DNA of 64,000 nt from Cyclobacteriaceae bacterium (GTDB taxonomy: Bacteria > Bacteroidota > Bacteroidia > Cytophagales > Cyclobacteriaceae), in assembly GCA_049115695.1 (NCBI GenBank), contig JAGDZR010000007.1, positions 27,895 to 91,894 of the forward strand. Reading direction: 5' to 3'. Within the stretch, counting starts at the first letter, position 1. Each line of letters opens with the position of its first letter. Both the position numbers and the translations under genes were made by a program. This document shows, piece after piece, positions 8,402 through 17,914 of the stretch. The notes under the pieces are model-generated. The model had not been told where the DNA came from. It worked only from the letters and a program-made list of their open reading frames with translations, and ran no database searches.

Positions 8402-10810
8402 ATGTTCAACCATTTAAAACTGGCGCTCAGACATTTCAATAAGCGATTGATGTTTTCGCTTATCAATCTTTTCAGTCTTGTTGTAGGCATTACTATATCA
8501 TTTCTCGTTATCAACTATGTGGCTTTTGAAAATAGTTTCGATCTATTTCACAGTGATCATGATCGCACATACCGAGTCGAAAGTCAGTTTTACAAAGCAG
8601 GAGTCTTGACCGATGATTGGGGAAGCAGTTCATTTGGATATGGAAGTGCCATGAGAGATGAATTAAAGGGTATTGAGGCCATGACTCGTCTGGCTATACA
8701 CAATACTGAGCAAGTGGTCTCGCTGGGCGATCGACATATACGTGAAAATACAATTGCCTACGCTGAAGCCAACTTTCTGGATGTTTTCAGCTTTAACGTG
8801 ATTAAAGGGAATAAGTCCACGGCCCTATCAGATCCCAGCAGCGTGATGATCACAAAACGAATTGCTGAGAAGTTTTTTGGGACTACAGATGTAATAGGTA
8901 AAAGCCTGGAGTTTGGCACCACTCAAGAAACAAAGAGATATCAGATCTCAGCTGTATTGGACAACATACCCAGTAACTCTCATATCAAATTTGACTACTT
9001 CTTATCATTTGAGTCACTACCCGATTGGATGAGAAATTTCTGGTACTATCATGAGACTTACACTTATGTTAGACTGAGCCATGAAACTATGCCTGCATCC
9101 ATCGAAAGTGCGTTTCCATCTCTCGCTGAAAAATATAAGACAGGAGAAGCCCTTAAAGATCTAAAATGGGCTATCCGATTGGTCCCCCTTGCCAGTATTC
9201 ACCTCAATCCGCAAAAACAATATGAGCGGGAAGCCAAGGGAAGTCGATCTGTGACCCAAACGCTCCATTCGGTTGGCCTTATCATCTTGTTGATGTCATG
9301 GATCAATTACATCAATCTTACTTCTGCCAAATCACATGAACGATCTGCCGAAATTGCGTTCAGGAAGGTCAGTGGTGCCACCAGAGCATCAATTAATATT
9401 CAGTTTTTTATTGAATCCGGTTTGATGACAATATTTGCCTTGCTTTTAAGTGGTGTTGCAATTATTCTACTGCATCCAGTACTTAATCAGTTTCTGGAAA
9501 TCGATATACCGGTCGTTTTCTTTCAAAATTCGGCTTGGTACTTACCTTGGTTAATGATCATTTTGACAGGTGCAAGCCTGACGGCCTTATACCCTGCCTT
9601 TACCATTGGCGCTTCACCGATTATTTCCATTTTGAAAGGAGACAAGCTTACCCTTAAAGGAGGATTATTACGTAGAGGGTTGGTCATTACACAATTTGCA
9701 GGTGCCTTTGCCTTGATTATTGCTACCACAATTGCTTACAAGCAATACCAATTCATGCAATCCAGATTCCTGGGTATCGAAATTGATCAACAAATGGCCA
9801 TCAAATTACCTGTCAATACTGGTAGTCTCCCCGAAAAGCTGGAAGCCTTTAGAAAAGAACTTAAGCAACACAATGCCATTCAAAATGTATCGTTTGCCGG
9901 AGCAATACCCGGACGTGAGGTTGCCACTTTTGCCTCTAATAGGCGTAAGGATTCAAATGAAAACAAACTGTACGAAATGCTCGCTGTAGATGAAGAATAC
10001 ATTGATGCAATGGCATTACGCATGATTGCAGGCAGGAAGTATGATAAGTCATTTGGTGGTGATTCAAACAAGCTTATCGTAAATGAAGCTGCTTTGGGAT
10101 TATTGGAGATAGAAAGCCCTCAGCAGGCCATTGGTCAGGAGGTAATGATTGAAACAAAAGAATACCCTTTTGAGATTGTAGGTGTCTTACAAAACTGGCA
10201 TCAAAGAAGCCTTAACAATCCGTTTACACCTATCATGCTCATCAAAAATGGAAACGTACCCTGGATCAATCCAAGATACATTGTGCTCCAATTTAATGGT
10301 TCTGGCTACTCTGATATTGACCAATATGTCGCAAACATCTGGGCTGATGCTTTTCCTGCATCCAGCTTCGATCGACAATTCGTCCAAACGTTTTATCAAC
10401 AGCAATACCAAATGAATGATCGAAATAACAAACTAATCGCTACTTTCACTGGGCTCGCCTTATTGATCGCATACCTCGGCCTTTGGGCCTTTACTTCATA
10501 CATGACCATGAAAAGAATGAAAGAGGTAAGCATCCGAAAGGTCCTGGGCGCGGATAATTTTAACATTTCGGTCTTGTTCGGCAAAAGTGTAGTGACAGAT
10601 TTGGCTATCGCCTTTGTAATTGCAACTCCACTGGTTTGGATAGGAATGAGTCAATGGCTGGACGATTTTGCGTTCAGAACCCAAATAGGTCTGCTGGATG
10701 TGCTAATACCGTCCATGATTTTGATTGCAATAGCACTTGCAACAGTGTTTTTCGAAAGTATCAAACCAGCTCAAAAGAATCCAGCAGAGGTGCTCAACAG
10801 TCAAGATTAG
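8402..10810 (+). CDS. FtsX/MacB-type ABC transporter permease (no prefix domain)
   Basis: 802 aa with the same duplicated FtsX architecture as 5312..7951. It starts directly at the conserved LKLALRHFNKRLMFSLINLFSLVVG segment. Confidence 0.9.
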   Translation: MFNHLKLALRHFNKRLMFSLINLFSLVVGITISFLVINYVAFENSFDLFHSDHDRTYRVESQFYKAGVLTDDWGSSSFGYGSAMRDELKGIEAMTRLAIHNTEQVVSLGDRHIRENTIAYAEANFLDVFSFNVIKGNKSTALSDPSSVMITKRIAEKFFGTTDVIGKSLEFGTTQETKRYQISAVLDNIPSNSHIKFDYFLSFESLPDWMRNFWYYHETYTYVRLSHETMPASIESAFPSLAEKYKTGEALKDLKWAIRLVPLASIHLNPQKQYEREAKGSRSVTQTLHSVGLIILLMSWINYINLTSAKSHERSAEIAFRKVSGATRASINIQFFIESGLMTIFALLLSGVAIILLHPVLNQFLEIDIPVVFFQNSAWYLPWLMIILTGASLTALYPAFTIGASPIISILKGDKLTLKGGLLRRGLVITQFAGAFALIIATTIAYKQYQFMQSRFLGIEIDQQMAIKLPVNTGSLPEKLEAFRKELKQHNAIQNVSFAGAIPGREVATFASNRRKDSNENKLYEMLAVDEEYIDAMALRMIAGRKYDKSFGGDSNKLIVNEAALGLLEIESPQQAIGQEVMIETKEYPFEIVGVLQNWHQRSLNNPFTPIMLIKNGNVPWINPRYIVLQFNGSGYSDIDQYVANIWADAFPASSFDRQFVQTFYQQQYQMNDRNNKLIATFTGLALLIAYLGLWAFTSYMTMKRMKEVSIRKVLGADNFNISVLFGKSVVTDLAIAFVIATPLVWIGMSQWLDDFAFRTQIGLLDVLIPSMILIAIALATVFFESIKPAQKNPAEVLNSQD

Positions 10811-12696
10811 CCAAGCTCCTCAACCAAGGCCTCCCATTCTGTTGTCAGGTTGTCTACGAGATTTTTGACTTCTTCGTATGCCTTGTTGATTTCTTGAGAT
10901 TTCTCGGGATCATTGAACACATCGGGACTTGCTAGCTGTTGCTCCAACTCCGATTCTTTCGCTTCAGCTTCTTCTATCTGTGCTTCTAATCCTTTTATTT
11001 TCTTTTCAAGTTGTGCCTGGGCATTATCCGTTTTAGGCTTGGTCTTCTCTTTTTTGACCTTCTTCTCAACAGTTACTTCCTGTTTTACTGTTTTCTTTTT
11101 TTGCTGCTGACTTTGCCACCACTCAAACTCCTCATAAGTGCCCGGATATTCCTTAAGTTGCTGATCCTCAATCCACCATATTTTGTTGGCTACCTGAGAA
11201 ACAAAGTGGCGATCGTGGGATACCAGCAAAAAAGTACCTTCATATTGCTGTAATGCTTGAACTAAAATGCCTACAGACAGCATATCGAGATGGTTGGTTG
11301 GCTCATCGAGTAGTAAGAAATTTGCCTCTGAGATAAGGGTTTTCGCCAATGCCACACGAGACTTTTCACCCCCACTTAGCACCTTTATTTTTTTAAAAAT
11401 CTCATCTCCCTGAAACAAGAAGCAGCCCAATACTCCACGAAGTTCCTGTTCGGTTTTGCCCGTGCCCTCCATTTTAAGCTCTTCAAGCAAGTCATTTTCA
11501 ATTCCAAGAGATTCTAGCTGGTGCTGGGCATAAAATGAATTGATAACGTTATGCCCTGTTTCAACCTTACCTTGATGAGGTTCAGTACCGGCAATGATCC
11601 GTAATGCAGTTGATTTACCCTTACCATTCGCGCCTATAAGTGCTACTTTGTCCCCTCGCTCCAACCCTATGGTTGAATTTTTCAGAATGGATAAATCTCC
11701 ATACGACTTACTGACGTTCTCAAGTCGTTTTACATGTCTTCCCGATTTTGTTTTGAAGTTGAACTTGAAATTTACTTGCATCGTGTCATCCACCACTGCA
11801 TCTATTCGATCCATTTTCTCAATCTGCTTCAACTTGGATTGAGCCTGCTTAGCCTTTGTCGCCTTGGCCTTGAATCGTTCAATGAACCGTTCCGCTTCTC
11901 TTATTTTCTGTTGCTGATTTTCATATGCGTTTTGCTGCACTTCATTACGTAGTTCCTTTTCTTCCAGGTAATGATCATAATCTCCTGGGTAAGAATGCAG
12001 TTTTCCGCCAGAAACCTCCACTATCTTGTTTACCGTCCGGTTTAGAAAGGTGCGATCATGTGATACCACAATGTAGGCTCCCTCATAACTCTGCAAATAT
12101 TCTTCTATCCACTTGATTGAAGGAAGATCCAGGTGGTTGGTAGGCTCATCGAGCATCAATAATGAAGGCTTCTCTAAAAGCAACTTTGCCAACATCACCC
12201 TCATTCTCCAACCACCACTAAACTCCCTGAGTGGGCGTTTTAAATCTGAAGTTGAAAAACCAATACCTTCCAATAATTCTTCAGCCTGAGACTGAATAGT
12301 ATAACCCTCGACTGCTTCGAATCGCTCCTGCAACTTGGCCAATTTTTCGACCAATTCATCCCGATAATTAGTCTCCATTTCTTTGAGGATCAGGTCAATC
12401 TGATGCTGCAGATCATGTGCCTCCTTGAAGGCCATCATCGCGACCTCCAAAATAGGCTCGTCGGATTGATAAGACAACAAATCCTGATTGAGGAATCCGA
12501 TAGTAGTGTCTTTGCTTCTGGAAATGTCTCCACCTGCAAATTGCACGTCACCTACCATCATTTTCAATAGTGTCGACTTACCGGTTCCATTCAACCCTAC
12601 CAGCCCAATTTTATCTTTTGGTGTAATAAAAAGAGAGGCATCTTCATACAATACCCTGTCCCCAAGGTAGAAGTTCAAATTACTAATACTAATCAT
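10807..12696 (-). CDS. ABC-F family ATPase (two NBDs, no membrane domain; ribosome-associated type)
   Basis: 629 aa. Walker A motifs GLNGTGKST and GANGKGKST, signatures FSGGWRMR and LSGGEKSR, and a Lys/Glu-rich coiled-coil C-terminal tail. Confidence 0.93.
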   Translation of the reverse strand: MISISNLNFYLGDRVLYEDASLFITPKDKIGLVGLNGTGKSTLLKMMVGDVQFAGGDISRSKDTTIGFLNQDLLSYQSDEPILEVAMMAFKEAHDLQHQIDLILKEMETNYRDELVEKLAKLQERFEAVEGYTIQSQAEELLEGIGFSTSDLKRPLREFSGGWRMRVMLAKLLLEKPSLLMLDEPTNHLDLPSIKWIEEYLQSYEGAYIVVSHDRTFLNRTVNKIVEVSGGKLHSYPGDYDHYLEEKELRNEVQQNAYENQQQKIREAERFIERFKAKATKAKQAQSKLKQIEKMDRIDAVVDDTMQVNFKFNFKTKSGRHVKRLENVSKSYGDLSILKNSTIGLERGDKVALIGANGKGKSTALRIIAGTEPHQGKVETGHNVINSFYAQHQLESLGIENDLLEELKMEGTGKTEQELRGVLGCFLFQGDEIFKKIKVLSGGEKSRVALAKTLISEANFLLLDEPTNHLDMLSVGILVQALQQYEGTFLLVSHDRHFVSQVANKIWWIEDQQLKEYPGTYEEFEWWQSQQQKKKTVKQEVTVEKKVKKEKTKPKTDNAQAQLEKKIKGLEAQIEEAEAKESELEQQLASPDVFNDPEKSQEINKAYEEVKNLVDNLTTEWEALVEELG

Positions 12697-12767
12697 TGGA
12701 GCGCAAAGGTAGAAAACTGAACTGTTTCACCATTATGTTGTTTAGATTAGCATAAAACCTGTTTATC

Positions 12768-13946
12768 ATGATGCGTATTTTTCTTTCTCTTTTGGTTGTG
12801 GTTATCATAAGCTGTCAGACGTCAGCTACCGACAATACTCCTGATTTATCAAACAAATCTAAGACTGAGGTTGAAGCTCTGCTAACAAGTATAGAAGGGG
12901 TTCAATTAGATAAATTGACACTTCCCGATGGCTTTTCGATAGAAGTTTATGCCAGGGTCAATAACGCCCGCCAAATCACAATGGGTGAAAATGGGACGCT
13001 TTTTATAAGTAATCGCAGTGGTGGTGCTGTTTATGCTGTCAGAGATACGGACGGTAATAATAAAGTTGATGAATTTTTCACGATTGCTGAAGACTTGAAT
13101 TTGCCGAATGGGGTTGCCTTCAAGGATGGAGCATTGTTTGTGGCAGAAGTGGACAAGCTATGGAGGTATGATAACATAGAAGATAATCTTGAGAATATTC
13201 CAACTCCCGTTCTCATCTATGAAGACTATCCAACGGATCGCCACCATGGATGGAAGTACATAGCGTTTGGGCCTGATGGGAAGCTCTACATACCAGTAGG
13301 TGCCCCTTGTAATATCTGTGAGAGTAAAAAAGAAATATACGCTTCAATCACTCGTATGGATCCTGACGGAAGCAATCGAGAGATTTTTGCACATGGAGTA
13401 CGTAATTCAGTAGGTTTCACCTGGCATCCGACAACTGGTGATCTATGGTTTACGGATAATGGACGTGATGCGCTTGGCGATGAAATACCTCCATGTGAAC
13501 TTAATCGTGCAAGTGAAAAAGGACAACATTTCGGATATCCATATTGCCATGGTGGTACGATTTCTGATCCAGAGTTTGGTTCAAAAAGATCATGTGATGA
13601 GTTTGTACAACCGGCACAAAATCTGGGTCCCCATGTCGCTCCCTTAGGTCTGAAATTTTACACAGGGTCACTATTCCCATCGACCTACACAAATAAAATA
13701 TTCATAGCAGAACATGGAAGCTGGAATCGATCATCTTCAGCAGGACATACGGGCCACCGCATCACACTGGTGACTGAGGAAAACGGGCAAGGCACAAATT
13801 ATGAGGTATTCATGGAAGGTTTCCTTGACAAGGAAAGCAATGAAGCCTGGGGAAGACCTGTTGACATCTTGGTCCTTGAAGATGGTTCCATGCTGGTTTC
13901 TGATGATAAAGCGGGTGCGGTTTATAGAGTCTCATATAACGACTAG
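12768..13946 (+). CDS. PQQ-dependent sugar (sorbosone/glucose) dehydrogenase family lipoprotein
   Basis: 392 aa with lipoprotein signal LLVVVIISCQ. Beta-propeller family pattern: PNGVAF..., HGWKYIAFGPDGKLYIPVGAPCN, HGVRNSVGFTWHP, WFTDNGRD, FGYPYCHG. Confidence 0.85.
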   Translation: MMRIFLSLLVVVIISCQTSATDNTPDLSNKSKTEVEALLTSIEGVQLDKLTLPDGFSIEVYARVNNARQITMGENGTLFISNRSGGAVYAVRDTDGNNKVDEFFTIAEDLNLPNGVAFKDGALFVAEVDKLWRYDNIEDNLENIPTPVLIYEDYPTDRHHGWKYIAFGPDGKLYIPVGAPCNICESKKEIYASITRMDPDGSNREIFAHGVRNSVGFTWHPTTGDLWFTDNGRDALGDEIPPCELNRASEKGQHFGYPYCHGGTISDPEFGSKRSCDEFVQPAQNLGPHVAPLGLKFYTGSLFPSTYTNKIFIAEHGSWNRSSSAGHTGHRITLVTEENGQGTNYEVFMEGFLDKESNEAWGRPVDILVLEDGSMLVSDDKAGAVYRVSYND

Positions 13947-13947
13947 G

Positions 13948-13973
13948 AAAATACGATGCGCAATCGTATTTTT
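13948..13973 (+). terminator. hairpin AAAATACGAT-GCGCA-ATCGTATTTT(T); terminator of the dehydrogenase gene and/or operator in front of vapB
   Basis: Perfect 10-bp stem with a 5-nt loop, read directly. It begins 2 nt after the stop at 13946 and ends 6 nt before the vapB ATG. Confidence 0.5.
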
Positions 13974-13978
13974 ACCAA

Positions 13979-14191
13979 ATGAAAGTTACAGCACTCATTT
14001 CTGAGGAATTAATTGAGGAAGTAAAGGCCTATACGGGAGGCAAAAACATTACCGAGAGCATCACCATTGCCCTGAAAGAATTCATCTCTCAAAAAAAAAT
14101 CAATGAAGTAATGGATGAGGTGGCAAGAGAACCTTTGATTCTCAACGAAGAAGCTGTTGAATATCTACGAGCAAAGAATCGTAACCGGTGA
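13979..14191 (+). CDS. vapB: type II antitoxin, VapB-like
   Basis: 70 aa. The N-terminus MKVTALISEELIEEVKAYTGGKNITESITIALKEFI fits the VapB/DUF2191 pattern. It overlaps the PIN gene by 4 nt (GTGA). Confidence 0.7.
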   Translation: MKVTALISEELIEEVKAYTGGKNITESITIALKEFISQKKINEVMDEVAREPLILNEEAVEYLRAKNRNR

Positions 14192-14559
14192 TAATCGTAG
14201 ATACATCTGTATGGATATCCTATCTCAGAAAGGATAATGAGGACAACTACAACGTTTTGAAGTCTTATCTCAACAGAAGACATGTATTGGCAATCAGTGC
14301 AGTATTTGGGGAGCTTCTTCAAGGAGTAAAGAACAAAAGGGAATTTGAGTTGGTGACACTACTTTGGCAGAATTTGCCCAAACTGAATGAATCCGAGTTG
14401 TTTATTGCTGCCGGAGAATTGTCCAACACTCATCAATTATATGCAAAGGGAGTTGGTCTCATTGATTGCTACATCCTATCTGCTGCATATGAAAATCGGG
14501 TAGGCTTGTGGACACTCGACAAAAAACTAGCGCAAGCGGCAACTCAAATCCTCCAATAA
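14188..14559 (+). CDS. vapC: PIN-domain toxin VapC
   Basis: 123 aa. Starts (M)IIVDTSVWISYL, the first acidic PIN residue. Downstream conserved positions appear in ...FGELLQG... and ...LIDCYILSAA... Confidence 0.85.
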   Translation: MIIVDTSVWISYLRKDNEDNYNVLKSYLNRRHVLAISAVFGELLQGVKNKREFELVTLLWQNLPKLNESELFIAAGELSNTHQLYAKGVGLIDCYILSAAYENRVGLWTLDKKLAQAATQILQ

Positions 14560-15552
14560 GTGCTAAAACTTAAATCAGTCAGTAAATCCTTTGAAGATCT
14601 AGTTGTAGTCACAAACATTTCTTTCGATTCAAAACCAGGTCAAGTTACAGCCCTGGTTGGTGAAAATGGTGCCGGAAAGTCTACACTGCTAAAACTGATA
14701 GCTGGTCTATTGCAACCCGATGAAGGAGCAATTTATCTCAATGATGAAAAGGTTGAAGGTCCAAAAGACAAGCTTGTAGCCGGTCATGAAGAAATTAAAC
14801 TAGTCTATCAAGATTTTGAACTGAAGCCTAATATGTCGGTCGAGGAAAACCTCAATTACGCATTGCTTGGGTTTGATCCAGTGTATAAAAGTCAACGAGT
14901 CAAAGAGATCATTGAACTTTGTGGGATTGAGAGCTTCCGGAAATCTGATTCATCAAAACTATCTGGTGGCCAAAAACAACGAGTAGCTATTGCGCGGGCA
15001 CTGGCAACCGAACCTGAGGTTATTTTGATGGATGAACCGTTCAGCAATCTGGATACTCTCACCAAGCAGCAACTTTTACTGGACACGAAACACCTTGCCC
15101 ACGAAACGGGAACAATCATTGTGTTGGTTACACATGATATGCGAGATGCAATGGAGGCGGCTGATCACATGGTCATTTTATCTCCATCCGGCATTGTGCA
15201 AAGTGGTAGTCCTCAGTCCATTTATGAACAGCCTAACTCATTGACAATCGCAGGTTACTTTGGCCTCATCACAGCATTTGACAGTAAAGAACTAACAGAA
15301 CTGTTACCTGAATTCCAAATCACATCAAAGGCTAGCTATGGCATCCGAGCTGAGGATATAAAGGTTACACAAAATATAGATTCACCACATGAAATTGTGC
15401 AACTTACATTCGCAGGCTCCTATCACAAGGTTTTGATCCAGACTACCCACAAAACAATAATTGCATTTGATCGTTCAAAACAACTAGTGATTGGAGATCG
15501 GGTCAGTATTCAAATAGCACCCACTCAAGTCATTGCATTTTCTAAAAGTTAA
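14560..15552 (+). CDS. ABC transporter ATP-binding protein, MalK/PotA/FbpC-like importer NBD (orphan)
   Basis: 330 aa with a GTG start immediately after the vapC stop. Walker A GENGAGKST, signature LSGGQKQRVAIARAL, Walker B ILMDEPFSNLD and H-loop VTHD. The YEQPNSLTIAGYFG motif and a roughly 100-aa C-terminal regulatory domain follow. Confidence 0.9.
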   Translation: MLKLKSVSKSFEDLVVVTNISFDSKPGQVTALVGENGAGKSTLLKLIAGLLQPDEGAIYLNDEKVEGPKDKLVAGHEEIKLVYQDFELKPNMSVEENLNYALLGFDPVYKSQRVKEIIELCGIESFRKSDSSKLSGGQKQRVAIARALATEPEVILMDEPFSNLDTLTKQQLLLDTKHLAHETGTIIVLVTHDMRDAMEAADHMVILSPSGIVQSGSPQSIYEQPNSLTIAGYFGLITAFDSKELTELLPEFQITSKASYGIRAEDIKVTQNIDSPHEIVQLTFAGSYHKVLIQTTHKTIIAFDRSKQLVIGDRVSIQIAPTQVIAFSKS

Positions 15553-15555
15553 AAT

Positions 15556-15819
15556 ATGACCAACCACCTAAACTTACTATCCACAGTTGAACTCATTAAA
15601 AAAAGCAGGATATGCGCCATCGCACTTGCTGTGGTATGGACAGCTGCTGCAATAGCAATCTTGGCTTCCCTTTACTCAGCCATTACTGGTGACTTCTCTG
15701 CCCAAACATTCATCATGGCACTTATTGCTTTCGCAGCTTCTATCCCAACTTATCGTACAAAAATCAAAATTGATAAGATTATTCACGATCGAATGCTATA
15801 CGAAAAGCGCAGGATCTAG
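15556..15819 (+). CDS. small two-TM membrane protein
   Basis: 87 aa with two hydrophobic helices (ICAIALAVVWTAAAIAILASLY, FIMALIAFAASIP). It starts 3 nt after the ABC gene stop. Confidence 0.5.
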   Translation: MTNHLNLLSTVELIKKSRICAIALAVVWTAAAIAILASLYSAITGDFSAQTFIMALIAFAASIPTYRTKIKIDKIIHDRMLYEKRRI

Positions 15820-16491
15820 TTGCCATCCCATTAGAAGCAACATTCTTTTAAATTCAGATTGAATTCCAGCTTTAATTCGAACGATCTCATCTGTACTCGA
15901 TAGCTCAAGTCGATAGGCATGCAGTAGCATGGTCTCCATATTCCATTTCTCTTTGAACAATTTGTTTTGCTTGTTGCACCCGTGAGGACGGTCCGCAATA
16001 ATAGGATGCAGAATATGGGCAAAGTGCTTGCGTATTTGATGCATTCGACCTGTAATGGGATTAACCTTCACCAAAGAATACCTGGATGTTTCGAACTTAC
16101 CAAAAGGAACAGGTAGCTCTGTACGATTGAGTGTTTGATAGTAGGTAATTGCAGCTTGTTCCTTTCCCCTATCGTTGGTCAGCGCATATTCGATCTTTCC
16201 TACATCATCAGTCCACCCTCGAACAATAGCCAGGTAGTACTTTTTCACTTCACCACTCCAAAACGCCTGTTGCAACCCTTTTAGTTTTTCTTCTGATTTA
16301 GCAAACAATAGTACACCTCCAGTTTTCCGATCTAGTCGATGAACAGGAAAAACCTTCTGACCGATTTGATCACGCAGTATTTGCAACGCAAACTCGGTAG
16401 CATCTCTGGCAATAGCAGATCGATGCACCAGCAGACCATGTGGCTTATTGATCGCAATCATTTGCTCGTCTTCGTATACTATTTCCAGCAT
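15796..16491 (-). CDS. truC: tRNA pseudouridine synthase C (RluA family)
   Basis: 231 aa. The N-terminus MLEIVYEDEQMIAINKPHGLLVHRS and the catalytic HRLDRKTGGVLLFAK motif closely follow the E. coli TruC pattern. Confidence 0.85.
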   Translation of the reverse strand: MLEIVYEDEQMIAINKPHGLLVHRSAIARDATEFALQILRDQIGQKVFPVHRLDRKTGGVLLFAKSEEKLKGLQQAFWSGEVKKYYLAIVRGWTDDVGKIEYALTNDRGKEQAAITYYQTLNRTELPVPFGKFETSRYSLVKVNPITGRMHQIRKHFAHILHPIIADRPHGCNKQNKLFKEKWNMETMLLHAYRLELSSTDEIVRIKAGIQSEFKRMLLLMGWQLDPALFV

Positions 16492-16528
16492 GTTCAGGTT
16501 AAATTAGAGGCAAATAAACTTTTTAAAC

Positions 16529-17080
16529 ATGAGAAAGCTTCTGGTCTTTTCACTTATCTGTTTTTCACTAATCTCCTTTGCTCAGGTCGGCATTCAGTTT
16601 CCTGATCTTGAGGGTGAGAGTTTAACTAATCAAATGTTCAACCTACCTGCAGATGCAAGTGGCAAATACACATTACTTGGATTGGCTTACTCGAAAAAAT
16701 CCGAAAGTGCTTTGAAAACGTGGTTTTCTCCAACCTACAATCAATTTATTTACAAACCGGAAACACCGTCTTTGTTCGCTGGAAATTATGACGTCAATGT
16801 GTTTTTTATCCCCATGTTTACAGGGGCAAAACGACCGGCTTACACAAAGGTCATGGATAATGTGAAGAAACAAGTTGACAAGGCACTTCATCCATATGTT
16901 TTGTTTTACAAAGGAAAACTCAAGGATTACAAAGAAGCGCTACAATTTGACGGAAAGGACATTCCTTATTTTTTCGTACTTGACCCTGACGGCAAAATTA
17001 TTCATACGACAAGGGGAGGTTATTCTGATTCCAAGATGCAACAAATCGTAGATGCTGTAGAAGCAGCCTGGCAAGAATAA
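16529..17080 (+). CDS. hypothetical secreted protein (possible cysteine-less thioredoxin-like fold)
   Basis: 183 aa with signal peptide MRKLLVFSLICFSLISFAQ. No Cys occurs in the mature part. The fold assignment is only a guess. Confidence 0.6.
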   Translation: MRKLLVFSLICFSLISFAQVGIQFPDLEGESLTNQMFNLPADASGKYTLLGLAYSKKSESALKTWFSPTYNQFIYKPETPSLFAGNYDVNVFFIPMFTGAKRPAYTKVMDNVKKQVDKALHPYVLFYKGKLKDYKEALQFDGKDIPYFFVLDPDGKIIHTTRGGYSDSKMQQIVDAVEAAWQE

Positions 17081-17140
17081 GACAATGGGTTAAATAAGGT
17101 TAATCCGTATTTTATAATTTTTATTTTTTTCAATTTTGCC

Positions 17141-17914
17141 TTGGTGCGATATTTTGGAATCATAATCATCTTATTTTCAGGGCTTTTGGCCAAGGCCCAG
17201 GGGGAGCTGCAAGGGTTTGTTACAGACGAAAACAACATAGAGCTACCTTATACGCACATTGCCAATCTCACAGCAAAATCCGGCACCATTAGTACTTCGA
17301 ACGGCTATTTTGCTTTGCCCGCTCATGTGGGCGACACAATCCGATTTTCATTTACTGGATACAAATCCGTGATTATTGAGGTGTTACCGGACATGACCAA
17401 AAGACAGCTCGAGATTACAATGGTACCAGACCAGGTAATGTTACCCTCTATTTGGGTCTACAGCAATCGATATATCAAAGTACCAAAGCGATACATTGGA
17501 AAGGCCATGAAAATTAATGGTGTGCGTGAACCCGATCCTGACGCAAAACCAATAAAACCTGGCTCTATTGTGTTTGGAACGAAAATGCAGGATGGACCCT
17601 TCCCGACCATCGGTCCAAGTATCACCTTAATGGGACCTTTTACTTATTTCACAAAATCAGAAAAAGAAAAAAGAAAAGCGGTTGAAGCCATCAAACAAAC
17701 CAATGAAACCATCACCTTCTCAAAATTCATGGCCTTGAACGAAACCAGAGGTCATTTCAAATCAACCTTCAATTTGGATGATGTAGAACTAGATCGAATC
17801 ATACGAGCAATGAACCGTGAACAGCCTTTTGTTCAATACCTCACGAATCGTCAATCGCTCAACTCAACCATTACTGCATACATCAGCGATTCTGTGTACA
17901 AGTGGGGTTACTAA
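17141..17914 (+). CDS. carboxypeptidase-regulatory-like domain protein
   Basis: 257 aa with a TTG/GTG start region. Signal peptide, then LQGFVTDENNIELPYTHIANL...GYFALPAHVGDTIRFSFTGYKS, which is typical of CarbopepD_reg_2. Confidence 0.65.
   Translation: MVRYFGIIIILFSGLLAKAQGELQGFVTDENNIELPYTHIANLTAKSGTISTSNGYFALPAHVGDTIRFSFTGYKSVIIEVLPDMTKRQLEITMVPDQVMLPSIWVYSNRYIKVPKRYIGKAMKINGVREPDPDAKPIKPGSIVFGTKMQDGPFPTIGPSITLMGPFTYFTKSEKEKRKAVEAIKQTNETITFSKFMALNETRGHFKSTFNLDDVELDRIIRAMNREQPFVQYLTNRQSLNSTITAYISDSVYKWGY

Noticed and set aside
10807-10810. Convergent genes with interleaved stop codons (TAG on plus, TAA on minus, 4-nt overlap). Similar 4-nt and 24-nt convergent overlaps occur at 39329..39332 and 15796..15819.
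   Set aside because: Short convergent overlaps are common in compact bacterial genomes. Nothing here indicates a special mechanism.
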